Assembly (NCBI GenBank): GCA_027451365.1
Contig: DAIDJN010000005.1
Location: 9,381 to 73,380 of the forward strand
Direction: 5' to 3'
Source: Phycisphaerales bacterium
GTDB taxonomy: Bacteria; Planctomycetota; Phycisphaerae; WQYP01
DNA: 64,000 bases
Shown piece after piece: positions 37,701 through 46,850 of the stretch. How positions within the stretch are numbered: position 1 is the first letter of the stretch; each line of letters begins with the position of its first letter. The notes under the pieces were generated by a model. That model made no database searches. It had not been told where the DNA came from and saw only the letters and a program-made list of their open reading frames with translations. A program made the position numbers and the translations under genes.

Positions 37701-40301
37701 AGCACCGCCGTGGCAACAGGTATTCTTGCCGGCAGCGGAAACGTAAACATTACGGCTGTTTCCACCGGGGGTAATGGTGGAGCAGGTTATTTTGTCCCGA
37801 GTTCCAGCCTAACAACGAATTACAGCGCCGTCGCCGGTACGGGCGGTACGGGCGGACTTCACATTTCTGGCCAATCGGGAACAGGCAATGTCAGCGTATC
37901 TGGAACGGCAATTGCCGGGAACGGCCTTACCGGAATTAACGAATCAATGCAGGATGAAGCGTCAGGAAGCACAATGGGGAACCTTTCCCTTTCCCAAACC
38001 GCCATCGGCGGGTCTGCATTAGGGGCAAAGAACAATGGGGGCATAGCATCCAGTATTTTAAATGAGAATTATACGGTCGCACCAATTATTCCGTTAAGCC
38101 TCAATTTGACACTGGCAGCTATCGGCGGCAATGGCGGGCCGACGAATGGTCTGGCGGCTGGTGGAGCGGGCGGCGCCGGAACTATCAATTCAAATGCTGT
38201 CATGACCGGCAATAGAGCTGTCACCATTACGGCGACCGCAACCGGCGGCAATGGCGGGGCGGGTCTGACCAGTACCGGGACAGACTTTGGTGCAGGTGGC
38301 ATGGGTCAACTGGAACAGATTTATGGCCAATCGGACACGGGCAATGTGACGGTGTCCGCCACCGGAATAGGCGGCAATGGAGAGAATGGGTTCAATGAAG
38401 TTCTGGGCAACAACACAATCGGTCAAACTGCGGGAAATCTGGCCCTTTCCCAGTCGGCAATCGGTGGAAATGCTTTGGGAACTGCCGGCAGCGGCGGATA
38501 TGCACGAAGCGATCTATTTCAAAATGATTCGATCGGAGGAATAGTGGCACCGTCAAACCTTTCACTGACCGTTGCGGCAACAGGTGGCAATGGCGGCCCG
38601 GCCGCTGGAACCACGGGTGGCGGCAATGGTGCCAATGGATCGGTGTCCGCCGTTGGGGAGCTTTCCGGGGGCGGAAATGTCACGATCAATGCGACGGCCA
38701 CCGGTGGTAATGGCGGCACAGGAATAAGCGGAGCGGGTTATGGAAATGGCGGCACCGATGAATTTGGACAAATTAATGGCCAATCCGGCACGGGAAATGT
38801 CAGTGTTTCCGGCACGTTTATTGGTGGGAACGGCCAAAATGGTGCGGCGGAACAATTCAGCAATGTCGTATCGGGCCAAACCGCAGGCGACCTGACACTT
38901 TCCCAGAGGGCTGTTGGCGGATCCGCCCTGGGCATGACCGGCAATGGCGGCGACGCAAGCAGCCAACTAAGTCTGAAGACCAGCGCCGCAAATCTGGCGG
39001 TTTTCACCACTGCCACTGCCGGTGCCGCCGGGCAAGTCAACAATACCAATCAGCCGTCCGGACTGGCAGGCATTGCCAGCGCTTGGAGCGATGCGAGCAA
39101 CCTTACGGGCTCTGTTACCGCCAACGCGGTGGCTTTCGGTGGTCAGGGTAGCAGCACTCTTACCATGATGGCTCCGTCAGCGGGCGGCGCGTCCCAGGCC
39201 ACAGCAGATGCGGTTACACCAGGCGATTTTGCCGCCAGTGCCGTGGCCAAATCCACGGGCGGTCTTGCCGGAACCAACGCCCAGCTAAACAGTGGATACT
39301 TCACGTTGCCAGTCTTCGCCACGGCAAATGCCACCTCGGGCGGCGGACCGGTGGTGGCCACCGCGCAGGCGTTGAATCCATCCGGTGGAAACAGTACAGC
39401 AACTTCCGATGGAACCTCCAGCGGCGGTTCGGTTTCCAGTAACGCGACTGCCACGGGCACCAATTTTGGGATGGCGTTGGCTGATGCTACCGGTTCCGGA
39501 AATTCCGGCTCCGCAGCAGCTGCCAGTCAATTGATGTTCGGCGCGACAAATTCAAATAACACTGTCAATTTTGTCGAATCTGTACAGACCGCGGCCACAT
39601 CCGCTGTAATTACCGGCAATACTGTAAAGACCGAAGCATTTACCGACTTAGGCGGAGACCCACGATCCGAAAGCAATGCTTCCGGACTTCAGGCCGCCGC
39701 CTACGCCACGGTCAACCCCATAAGCACGGCTGTACAGAGTATTCTTAATGCCAGCCCAGGTCTTTCCGCTAATTTTAATATTGGTCAGCAGGGTACACAT
39801 CCAATAGCCAACGTCGGCGGAATTTTTACCTTGGCGTTGCATGCCGGCGGAGCTTCCGCCAGTCCCCAGACCTATTCAGCCAGCGCCACGGAATTACTAA
39901 ATCGCGCCGCCTTGGGATCATCGATTCAGGATATGCTGATTGGTGCCGGCGCGATTCAATTTGCCGGTACGGGCACGATTCAATTCACCATAACAGACAA
40001 CGGCGTAACGGCTGTCAACCAGCAGTTTGATTCGCTTGCCGCGGCGGCGAATTATTTATCTGGCCGCACTTTTGACTTAGGATCGTTCAGTGGCCTTTCA
40101 AACAGTTCCGGAATGTCGTCACTTGATGTTACTTTGCAAATGACCACCGCGGATTCCGCGGCCATGTTTGATCCGCAGGTTCTGACAGCCAACGGCACAC
40201 TTGGAGCCGGGGCGGTCCCTGAGCCGGCCGAACTGGCGCTGCTGGCAGCAGGGATTGCGCCACTTCTACTGATTCGGCGGCGCAGATTCGGCCGCGAATA
40301 A
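34734..40301 (+). CDS. Giant Gly/Ala/Ser/Asn-rich repeat surface protein with PEP-CTERM anchor
   Basis: GGGAG RBS before GTG; signal peptide; eight ~150-167-aa repeats; C-terminal VPEPAELALLAAGIAPLLLIRRRR. Confidence 0.92.
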   Translation: MTSTAILSSKLIPRRGRMLVFLAAAMSLTVGRSTCLQADTVNLVQVTGQNGTLTSDAQDAQANATSSAPSNTAIAKAGSGGIFPQNTDATNGEINGGTANAVAEDSNFQAINSSAINSIAQAVGGNGGSAMYLSGSQIVGVPGTGGVAEASALANNAVLNGNSTADIFAHGGTGGYVTYTDSSGTIRSEGNSGGNAYISGGSYAVGNGTANLEAIANGGNGGTGQSGLNAGMGGTAQLGTLFGQSDKGNVNVSATATGGNGSTGSSEILSNAVAGQTNGNLSLSQTAVGGSSYRSGVAGGNAQSSLKVNDSPLASGSPILTPSNLTLTVVATGGNGGPPSPGGTVGGAGGSGQVSAVGILLGRRNVTINATATGGNGLLGGGIALSTNGAGAGGIAELGMLFGRSDMGNVSVSGTAIGGNGNSGAAENLSNAVNGQTAGNLSLSQTAVGGNSLDAGASGGYASSLLNEDYSTGTIIVAPSSLSLTVAATGGNGGPVGNGNAGVVSATGILTGAGNVTINANATGGNGGVDINAGISNGYMFGAGGAGTLGSILGQSGTGNVCVSGIATGGGGNGGIQEILSDSVNGQTAGNLSLSQTAIGGTAVAAGTSGGYASSSLMKDYSQGNTISPANLSLSAIATGGNGGAGFASGLAAIPGGNGANGRASAEGILAGGGNVSINAIATGGNGGAGVNPVISNRGIGDATLPGQAGTGSLGKILGESGTGNVSVSGTEMDGTGAVGASVELNNAVEGLTTGGLSLSQTAVGGNSLDAGASGGYASSRLNSVYFASQTNAPSNISLAVSATGGNGGARFAYGGSATVAGAGANGNASAEGILAGSGNVTVSATAIGGNGGAETFGTALGTYGVGGIGQFGTSQTYGQSDTGNVTVSVTGIGGNGQHGADENLNNVAAGQTTGNLSLSQTAIGGNGEGSGGNGGIANSALNEGYNNSGEINPSGLTLNVDATGGNGSAAYFDTASPADSTLAGDGGNSTAVATGILAGSGNVNITAVSTGGNGGAGYFVPSSSLTTNYSAVAGTGGTGGLHISGQSGTGNVSVSGTAIAGNGLTGINESMQDEASGSTMGNLSLSQTAIGGSALGAKNNGGIASSILNENYTVAPIIPLSLNLTLAAIGGNGGPTNGLAAGGAGGAGTINSNAVMTGNRAVTITATATGGNGGAGLTSTGTDFGAGGMGQLEQIYGQSDTGNVTVSATGIGGNGENGFNEVLGNNTIGQTAGNLALSQSAIGGNALGTAGSGGYARSDLFQNDSIGGIVAPSNLSLTVAATGGNGGPAAGTTGGGNGANGSVSAVGELSGGGNVTINATATGGNGGTGISGAGYGNGGTDEFGQINGQSGTGNVSVSGTFIGGNGQNGAAEQFSNVVSGQTAGDLTLSQRAVGGSALGMTGNGGDASSQLSLKTSAANLAVFTTATAGAAGQVNNTNQPSGLAGIASAWSDASNLTGSVTANAVAFGGQGSSTLTMMAPSAGGASQATADAVTPGDFAASAVAKSTGGLAGTNAQLNSGYFTLPVFATANATSGGGPVVATAQALNPSGGNSTATSDGTSSGGSVSSNATATGTNFGMALADATGSGNSGSAAAASQLMFGATNSNNTVNFVESVQTAATSAVITGNTVKTEAFTDLGGDPRSESNASGLQAAAYATVNPISTAVQSILNASPGLSANFNIGQQGTHPIANVGGIFTLALHAGGASASPQTYSASATELLNRAALGSSIQDMLIGAGAIQFAGTGTIQFTITDNGVTAVNQQFDSLAAAANYLSGRTFDLGSFSGLSNSSGMSSLDVTLQMTTADSAAMFDPQVLTANGTLGAGAVPEPAELALLAAGIAPLLLIRRRRFGRE
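35430..38990 (+). repeat. Eight tandem intragenic repeats of ~450-500 bp (ends approximate)
   Basis: The GxTxGxLxLSQxA(V/I)GG motif recurs near 35571, 36051, 36504, 37000, 37479, 37980, 38436 and 38889. Confidence 0.85.
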
Positions 40302-40308
40302 TAGCTAT

Positions 40309-41379
40309 TTACCAGGCGCCGGTGGCGACGTTGCGGACGGGAACCATGACAATGTCATAGGGTGGCGTGGCAGCCGGAACGGTGGGGCATTTGACTGACC
40401 TTCCGATGGTTGGTACTTTCCCGCCGCCCAAAAGCGGGTGCCGCTTGTGCGGCGAAGCAAACGTAAAAATATTGTCCTGATTCTGCCCCACATAGGGACT
40501 TACCTCAAACGACACATGGTCATCACCAAAGCCAACGTTCTGGCCGGCACCGCCATGATTACCGGAATTAAAAATGCTTTTCTGAGCGACGCGATTCAAC
40601 GGTTGCGTCGGATCGCGATAGGCCCACTGCATTTTTCCTTTTTCAGTTTTATCCAGGGCCGGTGCCATATCGCTGACCACGGCAACATCAGAGCCATCGT
40701 TGGCGTTCCACCAGGGCGCGGGATTATCGCCCGCCCAGGGGAATGCGATGGAATAACTCTCACCCCGACCAGGCTTACCGAATTTGCCACCAATGTATCC
40801 AAAGTTACTGTAGCAGGTTGGCAGGGCATTGCCATTTTGTACGTACTGATCGCTGGGTTGGTTGGCGATTGGATCGGACGGGCAAATAAAGCTTTTGGGT
40901 GTAATCTGATTTTCCAGAACCATAACCCACAGACAGGCCAGTGGAGAGCCTTCATGCAGACCGCGACTGCCGGCCTTGAAAAATGCCAGCGGCTGGTTCG
41001 CGCCAACTTTCCCTGATTTCGGCTTTCCCTGCGGCGCATACAATGCGCGCATGACCCGCGCCGGCGCGCCCATGCCATGGCGCGGATTACCGGGCGAATT
41101 TTCGTAGTGACCTTTTAATGGCGGCATGACCAGTGGAAATATATTTCCATTGGTTTGCGCATAAATAACCATGGATTGAATAATTCCGCGAACGTTGGCT
41201 GAACAGACGGCCCTATTGGCCAATTCGTGCGGCCTTGAGATTACGGCCAAGGCCAGGAAGGTCAGGGTGGTCAGGCAAACCGCCAGCATCCCGGCATCGG
41301 CAAAACCGTGCGAAAACCGTGACTCATGGCCGCCCGACGAAAGACCCGTGTATGGATATGACTTATGATGATTCGTCAT
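40309..41379 (-). CDS. Planctomycete prepilin-like/DUF1559-type protein with H-X9-DG-like C-terminal motif
   Basis: HG|FADAGMLAV hydrophobic N-terminus; ELANRAVCSANVRGIIQSMVIYA; FICPSD; NHGGAGQNVGFGDDHV; AGGAG RBS. Confidence 0.8.
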   Translation of the reverse strand: MTNHHKSYPYTGLSSGGHESRFSHGFADAGMLAVCLTTLTFLALAVISRPHELANRAVCSANVRGIIQSMVIYAQTNGNIFPLVMPPLKGHYENSPGNPRHGMGAPARVMRALYAPQGKPKSGKVGANQPLAFFKAGSRGLHEGSPLACLWVMVLENQITPKSFICPSDPIANQPSDQYVQNGNALPTCYSNFGYIGGKFGKPGRGESYSIAFPWAGDNPAPWWNANDGSDVAVVSDMAPALDKTEKGKMQWAYRDPTQPLNRVAQKSIFNSGNHGGAGQNVGFGDDHVSFEVSPYVGQNQDNIFTFASPHKRHPLLGGGKVPTIGRSVKCPTVPAATPPYDIVMVPVRNVATGAW

Positions 41380-41415
41380 TCGACTGCTCCTGTTTTTTTT
41401 GACCAAAGTGCATAC

Positions 41416-43113
41416 TTAATCGCGCATCATTTCAAGCAACATAATCGCACCGAGATACTTCAACGACGCCGCGGGAATATAGGCCTTCACCCGTAAAACC
41501 GGCCCGCGGCTTTGAGCGCTGATTGCAAACCATGGACTGAAGGCGACAAAAAAGCATTTTTCAAGCATATATTTCCGCATTGCCCGCACAACAGGTGCAC
41601 GATCAAGCGGGTCGTGATTGTTTTGCACGTTGGCCACGGTGGCCGCCAGAAGGGTGTTTTCCACATTCGCCCCGCTGATCAGGTGATGCCCCACAAGCCC
41701 GCTCTCCACATCAAGGCCGTTAGCCCCGATCGTCACCACCTGTTCCAGATGACGCAATTCCTTCTGGGTAAAACCGACGGGCGCACCCGGTTTGACAGGT
41801 GCCATACGAATGGTGAAGGTGGAAAATGGGACACCGGCAATCGTGCGTGCGGATTTTGACTGCAACGGCTTGAGATACATACCATTGCTTTTCATCATCG
41901 CCGTCCAGCTTTGAGCCAACGCCAGCAGATTGTGCTGATGGGCGGCAAAATGGTTTGCCATATCGGCAGACGTGGAAATGGAAACAGCGCGAAAGACCGG
42001 CGGCTTATTCATATTTACCGGCAGCATTTCCAGAGACCGGGTTATTGGATGCGTAAGGCCGCGCAGTGTCGCCAGCCATGGTTTCAGAAAAGCACTCTGG
42101 CTATGACCCAAGGCGGGATCTGCCTTGCTGATAAAGTCATCAAATGATTGGCACCATCTGCGCAGAGCCTGCGGGTTTGTGGCCATGGCACCGGCGACCG
42201 TAAATTGCGTATCCGGCAGGCCGGCCAGTGGCCGAGCGCCAAGCACCGGGCAGGCCGGCACGAAATCCGCAGTGGCTGAATGCTTCTGAAAATTGATAAA
42301 CGCCTGAACGGATATTCCGTGACTATGCGGGTGGGCGACCAGCAGCACAATCTTGGCTTGTTCGATCAGATCGATCGCGGCATAAAGGGCACAGACGAAG
42401 GGCAGCATCTGTTGCCGGCGATTTTTCGACCGGGCAAATTGAACATTTAGGGAGTCTATGAAGCGGTCGATACTCTGGATGGTATACTGACGTCCGGCAC
42501 GGACGTTATCGAGCACACAGATTCCCGGCTGCCGCAAGGCGGCGACCTCGGCCGCGGAAAGTTTGCCGGTCCAGAACTTTCTGGCCGCCAGAAAAGCCTT
42601 GAGCGTTCGGCGGCTGCGGGCACGCACAACATATGGTCCGCTTTGCACCGCCCAGGCGGTGATGACGTTATTCGATCGCAACTGGAAAATTCCGCCACGG
42701 TGGCGCGTTAGTTGTTCATGGCGGAATAAATGGCGCAGATGGGTGGACGGCAACAGATAGACGTGCGGCGCCGGAATGGTACCGGGCTGCGGATTTTTGT
42801 AGGGCATTTGAACAAGGACGACGGTTCCGTGAAGGTCCATGGCGTGAAAGTTGAGTTGCAATGCGCTGACAAATCCGGTCAGTGCGTCGGGGCTTTGGGG
42901 CAGCGGAACGGCGCGTTCCATTCGCGCCAAGCGTTGATTCAATCGACCGATATCATTGGCCACCAGAAACCACTGGGCATCGGCTGGAATAAGATTTAAT
43001 ATTTTGCCACCGGCGTCCGGTGCGGCCCGGACGCCAGCAACGAACGCCTGGCAAACAGTCATGGCGAAAGCAGCCACGACCAGGTTGAACAAATGCCTCA
43101 GAAGCGTGCGCAT
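41416..43113 (-). CDS. Hypothetical exported protein
   Basis: 565-aa ORF with a signal peptide, an LIPADA motif common in planctomycete exported proteins, and a GGAG RBS. Confidence 0.75.
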   Translation of the reverse strand: MRTLLRHLFNLVVAAFAMTVCQAFVAGVRAAPDAGGKILNLIPADAQWFLVANDIGRLNQRLARMERAVPLPQSPDALTGFVSALQLNFHAMDLHGTVVLVQMPYKNPQPGTIPAPHVYLLPSTHLRHLFRHEQLTRHRGGIFQLRSNNVITAWAVQSGPYVVRARSRRTLKAFLAARKFWTGKLSAAEVAALRQPGICVLDNVRAGRQYTIQSIDRFIDSLNVQFARSKNRRQQMLPFVCALYAAIDLIEQAKIVLLVAHPHSHGISVQAFINFQKHSATADFVPACPVLGARPLAGLPDTQFTVAGAMATNPQALRRWCQSFDDFISKADPALGHSQSAFLKPWLATLRGLTHPITRSLEMLPVNMNKPPVFRAVSISTSADMANHFAAHQHNLLALAQSWTAMMKSNGMYLKPLQSKSARTIAGVPFSTFTIRMAPVKPGAPVGFTQKELRHLEQVVTIGANGLDVESGLVGHHLISGANVENTLLAATVANVQNNHDPLDRAPVVRAMRKYMLEKCFFVAFSPWFAISAQSRGPVLRVKAYIPAASLKYLGAIMLLEMMRD

Positions 43114-43314
43114 GCTTTTTTCTCCACCGACTCATTGCTGTTTATCGCAGATGAGAATAACCATGGCTTGCGGCGTTGGCAACCTCCAGAGATTTTGCCA
43201 ATCGTGAGTAAAATGGATGATCACTTAATAACATTCGCGTTCAACGAATGCATATGTATTATATCTGCAGGAAAGTGCAAGGGTTCGGCTTGATGCGAGG
43301 CCCAAGCCAAGGAA

Positions 43315-45261
43315 TTACCGGGAGATATTACGTCCTGCCGGGACGATGGCCAGATGACGCGGAACGTTCGTAATAACGGTGATTCGCACAAAACGTCCGC
43401 GGGCGGTTTGGATACCTTCAAACCAGTTGCGGCGATAATATATGGTGTGATCCTTTTTCAGCAGCGCCAGCACCCGCCGATCGACAACAATCGCGTATTT
43501 TTTTGCGCCCGCCTGTAACGGATGCCCAACCGTTCCAAAAGGCACTCCAGCCAAAAGCGGCGGTCCGCCGCCGAAAAGTTTTACATTGCCACCACTGTAA
43601 AACACCAAAGTCGGTTCGATATAACCCGCCGCCGCCAGATGGTAACCGCGCTGGGCCAGCAATTGCATTTCCATTCCGGCACGGCGGCTTATGGCAATCT
43701 GCCGGATGGCCGGTAGTGAAATGGAATCGGCCAGCAACAGCGCCACAGCAAAGGTAAACACCGTGACAAACGGCCAGGCTGGACGATTCCAACTCATGGC
43801 ACCCGCCACACCCACGGCAATCAGCGCTGCGGCGGTAGGAACCACAAATTTGAATTCCCTACCATGCAATGGCACCAACAGCTTCCAAGCGGCAACGACC
43901 GCGAAAAGCCCCAGAAAAATCCAGATTGCCATCCAGACCCAGCGCGCGGCGGCAAACCAGGCCGCCCCCAGGACGTCGGTCATGCGATGCCAGCTTTGCA
44001 CCAGTGTGTCGGCACAAAGAATAATGAGTGGAATATATAAAGGCAGCACATATTGCACCATTTTTGTGGCAATACATTCAAAAACAATCCAGGCAGGGAC
44101 AATCCAGGCCAGAAGGAACTGATACGCCGTGCGATCAAGCACAATGGCGGTTCGGCCACGCACGCGGCGAAATAAATGGTAGGCCGCGGGAACCAGAAGG
44201 ACGCTCCAAGGCCAGAACGTGACCCAAATTGTAACCAGATAAAACCCAGGCGGTGCCCCATGATGCTGCAAACCGGAAGTGGTGCGCTGCACAAGATTCT
44301 GATTCAACATTTCGGTTATCAGCCGGCCTTGTGTAGCCAGCCAGGCGGCGATAAACCATGGACATATCAAAATAAGAAGGAATATCAATCCGCGGATCGG
44401 TCGCAAATTGCCCACCCATCGCCAATTGCCACCCCCCACCGCCGCGGCCAGCAGTTTTGAAAGCGAACCAAACGGCTTTCTAAAATCGGCCTTTCTAAAT
44501 TCGCCGGGCAAGCGGCCATTGAAAATGGAAAGAGCCAGAACCGTGCACAGCACGAATATGGGCGTCACTCCCTTGGTAAGAATACCCGCCGCCATTGCCG
44601 CCCAGAAGGCGATCGCCATTTTTCTGGAAAATTTACCGGCGGCGGCGGGTGAAGCCTGATTCAGCAGTTGTCCATCTTCCATGTTTTCCAAAGTATGAAC
44701 CTGCGGAAGAAGTTGTGCCGGTGCCACCGAGCGATTCCAGGCATCCCATGCCGACCAGAGACATCCCATGGTCAGCGTGGTGAAACAGATCATGACCGAA
44801 TCGGCGGTGGCCAGACGGGATTCGGCGAAAAAAAGAGCGGTGACGGATAGCATAAGGGCGGCCAAAAGCCCGGTCAGGCGACCAAAGCGCTTGCCAGCTA
44901 TCCAGTAAACCAGTATCAGCGTCATCGAACCGAAAATAACGCTGGGCAGCCGGGCAGCCATGGTATTAATGCCGAATATTTTATAGCTGATGTCCATAAG
45001 CCAGTAGATGACTGGCGGTTTGTCCGGCCGCAGGACACCATCAAAACGCGGCACAATGAAATTTCCGCTGTTAAGCATTTCGCGAGCTGCCTGGGCGAAA
45101 CGCGGTTCGTCACGGTCAAACAGCGGAATGCGGCCAATCCCCGGAAAATAAAGGGTACACGCAAGAAGCAGAATCAGCAGAATATCTTCCCAGGTCCACC
45201 ATCGGGGGGCCATTCTTTTTTTTGTTTGTTCCACGCACGCATCCTGAACGCCAAAATCCAA
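43315..45261 (-). CDS. ArnT/PMT-like membrane glycosyltransferase (GT83/GT39)
   Basis: DRDEPRFAQAAREM, DKPPVIYW, ARLPSV and LTKG motifs; many TM segments. Start may be the ATG at 45213. Confidence 0.9.
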   Translation of the reverse strand: MDFGVQDACVEQTKKRMAPRWWTWEDILLILLLACTLYFPGIGRIPLFDRDEPRFAQAAREMLNSGNFIVPRFDGVLRPDKPPVIYWLMDISYKIFGINTMAARLPSVIFGSMTLILVYWIAGKRFGRLTGLLAALMLSVTALFFAESRLATADSVMICFTTLTMGCLWSAWDAWNRSVAPAQLLPQVHTLENMEDGQLLNQASPAAAGKFSRKMAIAFWAAMAAGILTKGVTPIFVLCTVLALSIFNGRLPGEFRKADFRKPFGSLSKLLAAAVGGGNWRWVGNLRPIRGLIFLLILICPWFIAAWLATQGRLITEMLNQNLVQRTTSGLQHHGAPPGFYLVTIWVTFWPWSVLLVPAAYHLFRRVRGRTAIVLDRTAYQFLLAWIVPAWIVFECIATKMVQYVLPLYIPLIILCADTLVQSWHRMTDVLGAAWFAAARWVWMAIWIFLGLFAVVAAWKLLVPLHGREFKFVVPTAAALIAVGVAGAMSWNRPAWPFVTVFTFAVALLLADSISLPAIRQIAISRRAGMEMQLLAQRGYHLAAAGYIEPTLVFYSGGNVKLFGGGPPLLAGVPFGTVGHPLQAGAKKYAIVVDRRVLALLKKDHTIYYRRNWFEGIQTARGRFVRITVITNVPRHLAIVPAGRNISR

Positions 45262-45334
45262 TCAACCGGTTAAGAATATAGGCGGGTTGTGCGGGCAGGG
45301 CCAGTCCCCGGACCTGCAACGGCAGGAAGCCGGT

Positions 45335-46546
45335 TCAACTTGCCCCAGTTGCCAGCCCCGGCATGACCGGTATCGCCGCCCGGCTTTCCGCCGGGTTGTA
45401 CCGTTCACCGAGGCTGTAATGCACCGGAACTCCGTCCTTGGTATGCAGCAAATAATAGCCGCCGCGGTCCACGAGTTCTTCATAAGGTCCAAGCACGCAC
45501 TTACCCATGGGCGTCGGAATAGTGAGCAGGGGCACACGTGTGCCGGGCGCGGAAGCTAAAGCGCGCAATATAAATTGGCTTTCCGGCAATGTCAGCCGAT
45601 GCTGGGGCAGAGTGCCATCAGGGAACGGATGAATAAGATAGTACGGTTTGACGGTTACCCGCCCGCTGTCCAACCGATCATACATATCGGTAATAATGGC
45701 AGCATCGTTGTTAATCCCGCGAAACAGCGGATGCTGTGTCATCATGAGAGGTGGACGCGCCGGTGTCAGCCGGACAAGAATATCCAAGACTTCAAGCAGC
45801 ACAGGCGTTACTTCTCGCGGATGCACGACATGCAGAATATAGGAATTCGGGGCAAGGTCGGCAATGGCCTTTTGCAGTGCGGTGTTGCGCATCAGCCGGT
45901 TCGGATACCAGACCGGCTCCCGCGTGTGAATACAAACAGTAATGCGTCTGGAAACACGCTGATTCAGCCGTTTGACGCGGTGGGCCAGATGGGTAAGCAC
46001 GCCAGCACCCACTGCCAGCGGGTCACCGCCGCTTAGGATAATTTCACGCAGCTCGGCCAGCCGGGGTGATGTTTCCGCCTGGTCAAACATGGCGTCAATT
46101 TCGGCATGGGTAATGGTGCCCGGCGTCACATCGCGATTCTTCAGATAGCAGTAGCGGCACAGCCCACTGCAAAAGTCGGTGACGCGCAACAGGCTTTCGT
46201 ATCGGTATTTTTGAATCCATCGCGGATGGTCTACGACTTTTTCGGCAAGTTGAAACGAATCCCAGCGTTCAGTGCCTGTGTCATACAATTCGCCGCTGTT
46301 TGGCAGCACCAGATCCCACAGCGGATCGTCCGGCAGATTGGTGAGAATATTTTCCACATAAAACCGCGGCAGACGGAAGGTGAATGTGCGGGCAACCTCT
46401 TCCATTTCAGCCAAGCGCGAGGCGCTGATACCGGGCAATGCGGCCGACAATGCGGCGACCGAGGTCAACAGGTCCGGGTTGTCATTGGAAGGATGATGCT
46501 GTGCGATTTCCACAATATCAAGCGATTTATTCTGTAAGACAGTCAT
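45335..46546 (-). CDS. KamA-family radical-SAM/PLP aminomutase, divergent
   Basis: DDPL, CSGLCRYC (CxxxCxxC), IILSGGDPL, HTREPV, HVVHPRE, RGINND, KPYYL and PLP-Lys region PMGK. Confidence 0.85.
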   Translation of the reverse strand: MTVLQNKSLDIVEIAQHHPSNDNPDLLTSVAALSAALPGISASRLAEMEEVARTFTFRLPRFYVENILTNLPDDPLWDLVLPNSGELYDTGTERWDSFQLAEKVVDHPRWIQKYRYESLLRVTDFCSGLCRYCYLKNRDVTPGTITHAEIDAMFDQAETSPRLAELREIILSGGDPLAVGAGVLTHLAHRVKRLNQRVSRRITVCIHTREPVWYPNRLMRNTALQKAIADLAPNSYILHVVHPREVTPVLLEVLDILVRLTPARPPLMMTQHPLFRGINNDAAIITDMYDRLDSGRVTVKPYYLIHPFPDGTLPQHRLTLPESQFILRALASAPGTRVPLLTIPTPMGKCVLGPYEELVDRGGYYLLHTKDGVPVHYSLGERYNPAESRAAIPVMPGLATGAS

Positions 46547-46639
46547 TCCAGTTTACTCCACAGCTCATTATACGCCAGGCATACCCCAATCGCATAGTCT
46601 CGCTGATCCGAAAACCGGCCGCCCAAATAGTAAAACAGG

Positions 46640-46668
46640 TTGACTTTTCGTCCATTTTCAGACATAGT
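46640..46668 (+). promoter_or_regulatory. Sigma70-type promoter for the aroF leader
   Basis: TTGACT (46640-46645), 17 bp spacer, CATAGT (46663-46668). The predicted +1 falls at or near the leader ATG (46676). Confidence 0.6.
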
Positions 46669-46675
46669 CCAAATT

Positions 46676-46771
46676 ATGAATATAGCGCCATTCAATTTCA
46701 TTCAACTGTCCGGCCCGGACTTCTGGTTTGGCGGCATGTATTTTACCACCGGCTGGCGTCGGCGGACTTGA
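46676..46771 (+). CDS. Aromatic amino acid attenuator leader peptide (31 aa)
   Basis: MNIAPFNFIQLSGPDFWFGGMYFTTGWRRRT contains 5 Phe, 2 Trp and 1 Tyr, and overlaps the antiterminator arm. Confidence 0.82.
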   Translation: MNIAPFNFIQLSGPDFWFGGMYFTTGWRRRT

Positions 46772-46802
46772 GATTGTTATCCAGAGTTTCTTTATCATCC
46801 TC

Positions 46803-46834
46803 AAGCCCGCCGAAAGACGGGCTTTATTTGTTTT
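46803..46834 (+). terminator. Attenuator intrinsic terminator
   Basis: AAGCCCG-CCGAAAGA-CGGGCTT followed by TATTTGTTTT. Its 5' arm can alternatively pair with 46759-46772. Confidence 0.85.
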
Positions 46835-46850
46835 ACGACAGGATTTCATC

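Noticed and set aside
43170..43240. Words shared with 34120-34200 (TAAAATGGATG, AACCTCCAG)
   Set aside because: Different order and opposite orientation relative to the downstream genes; too short to support homology.
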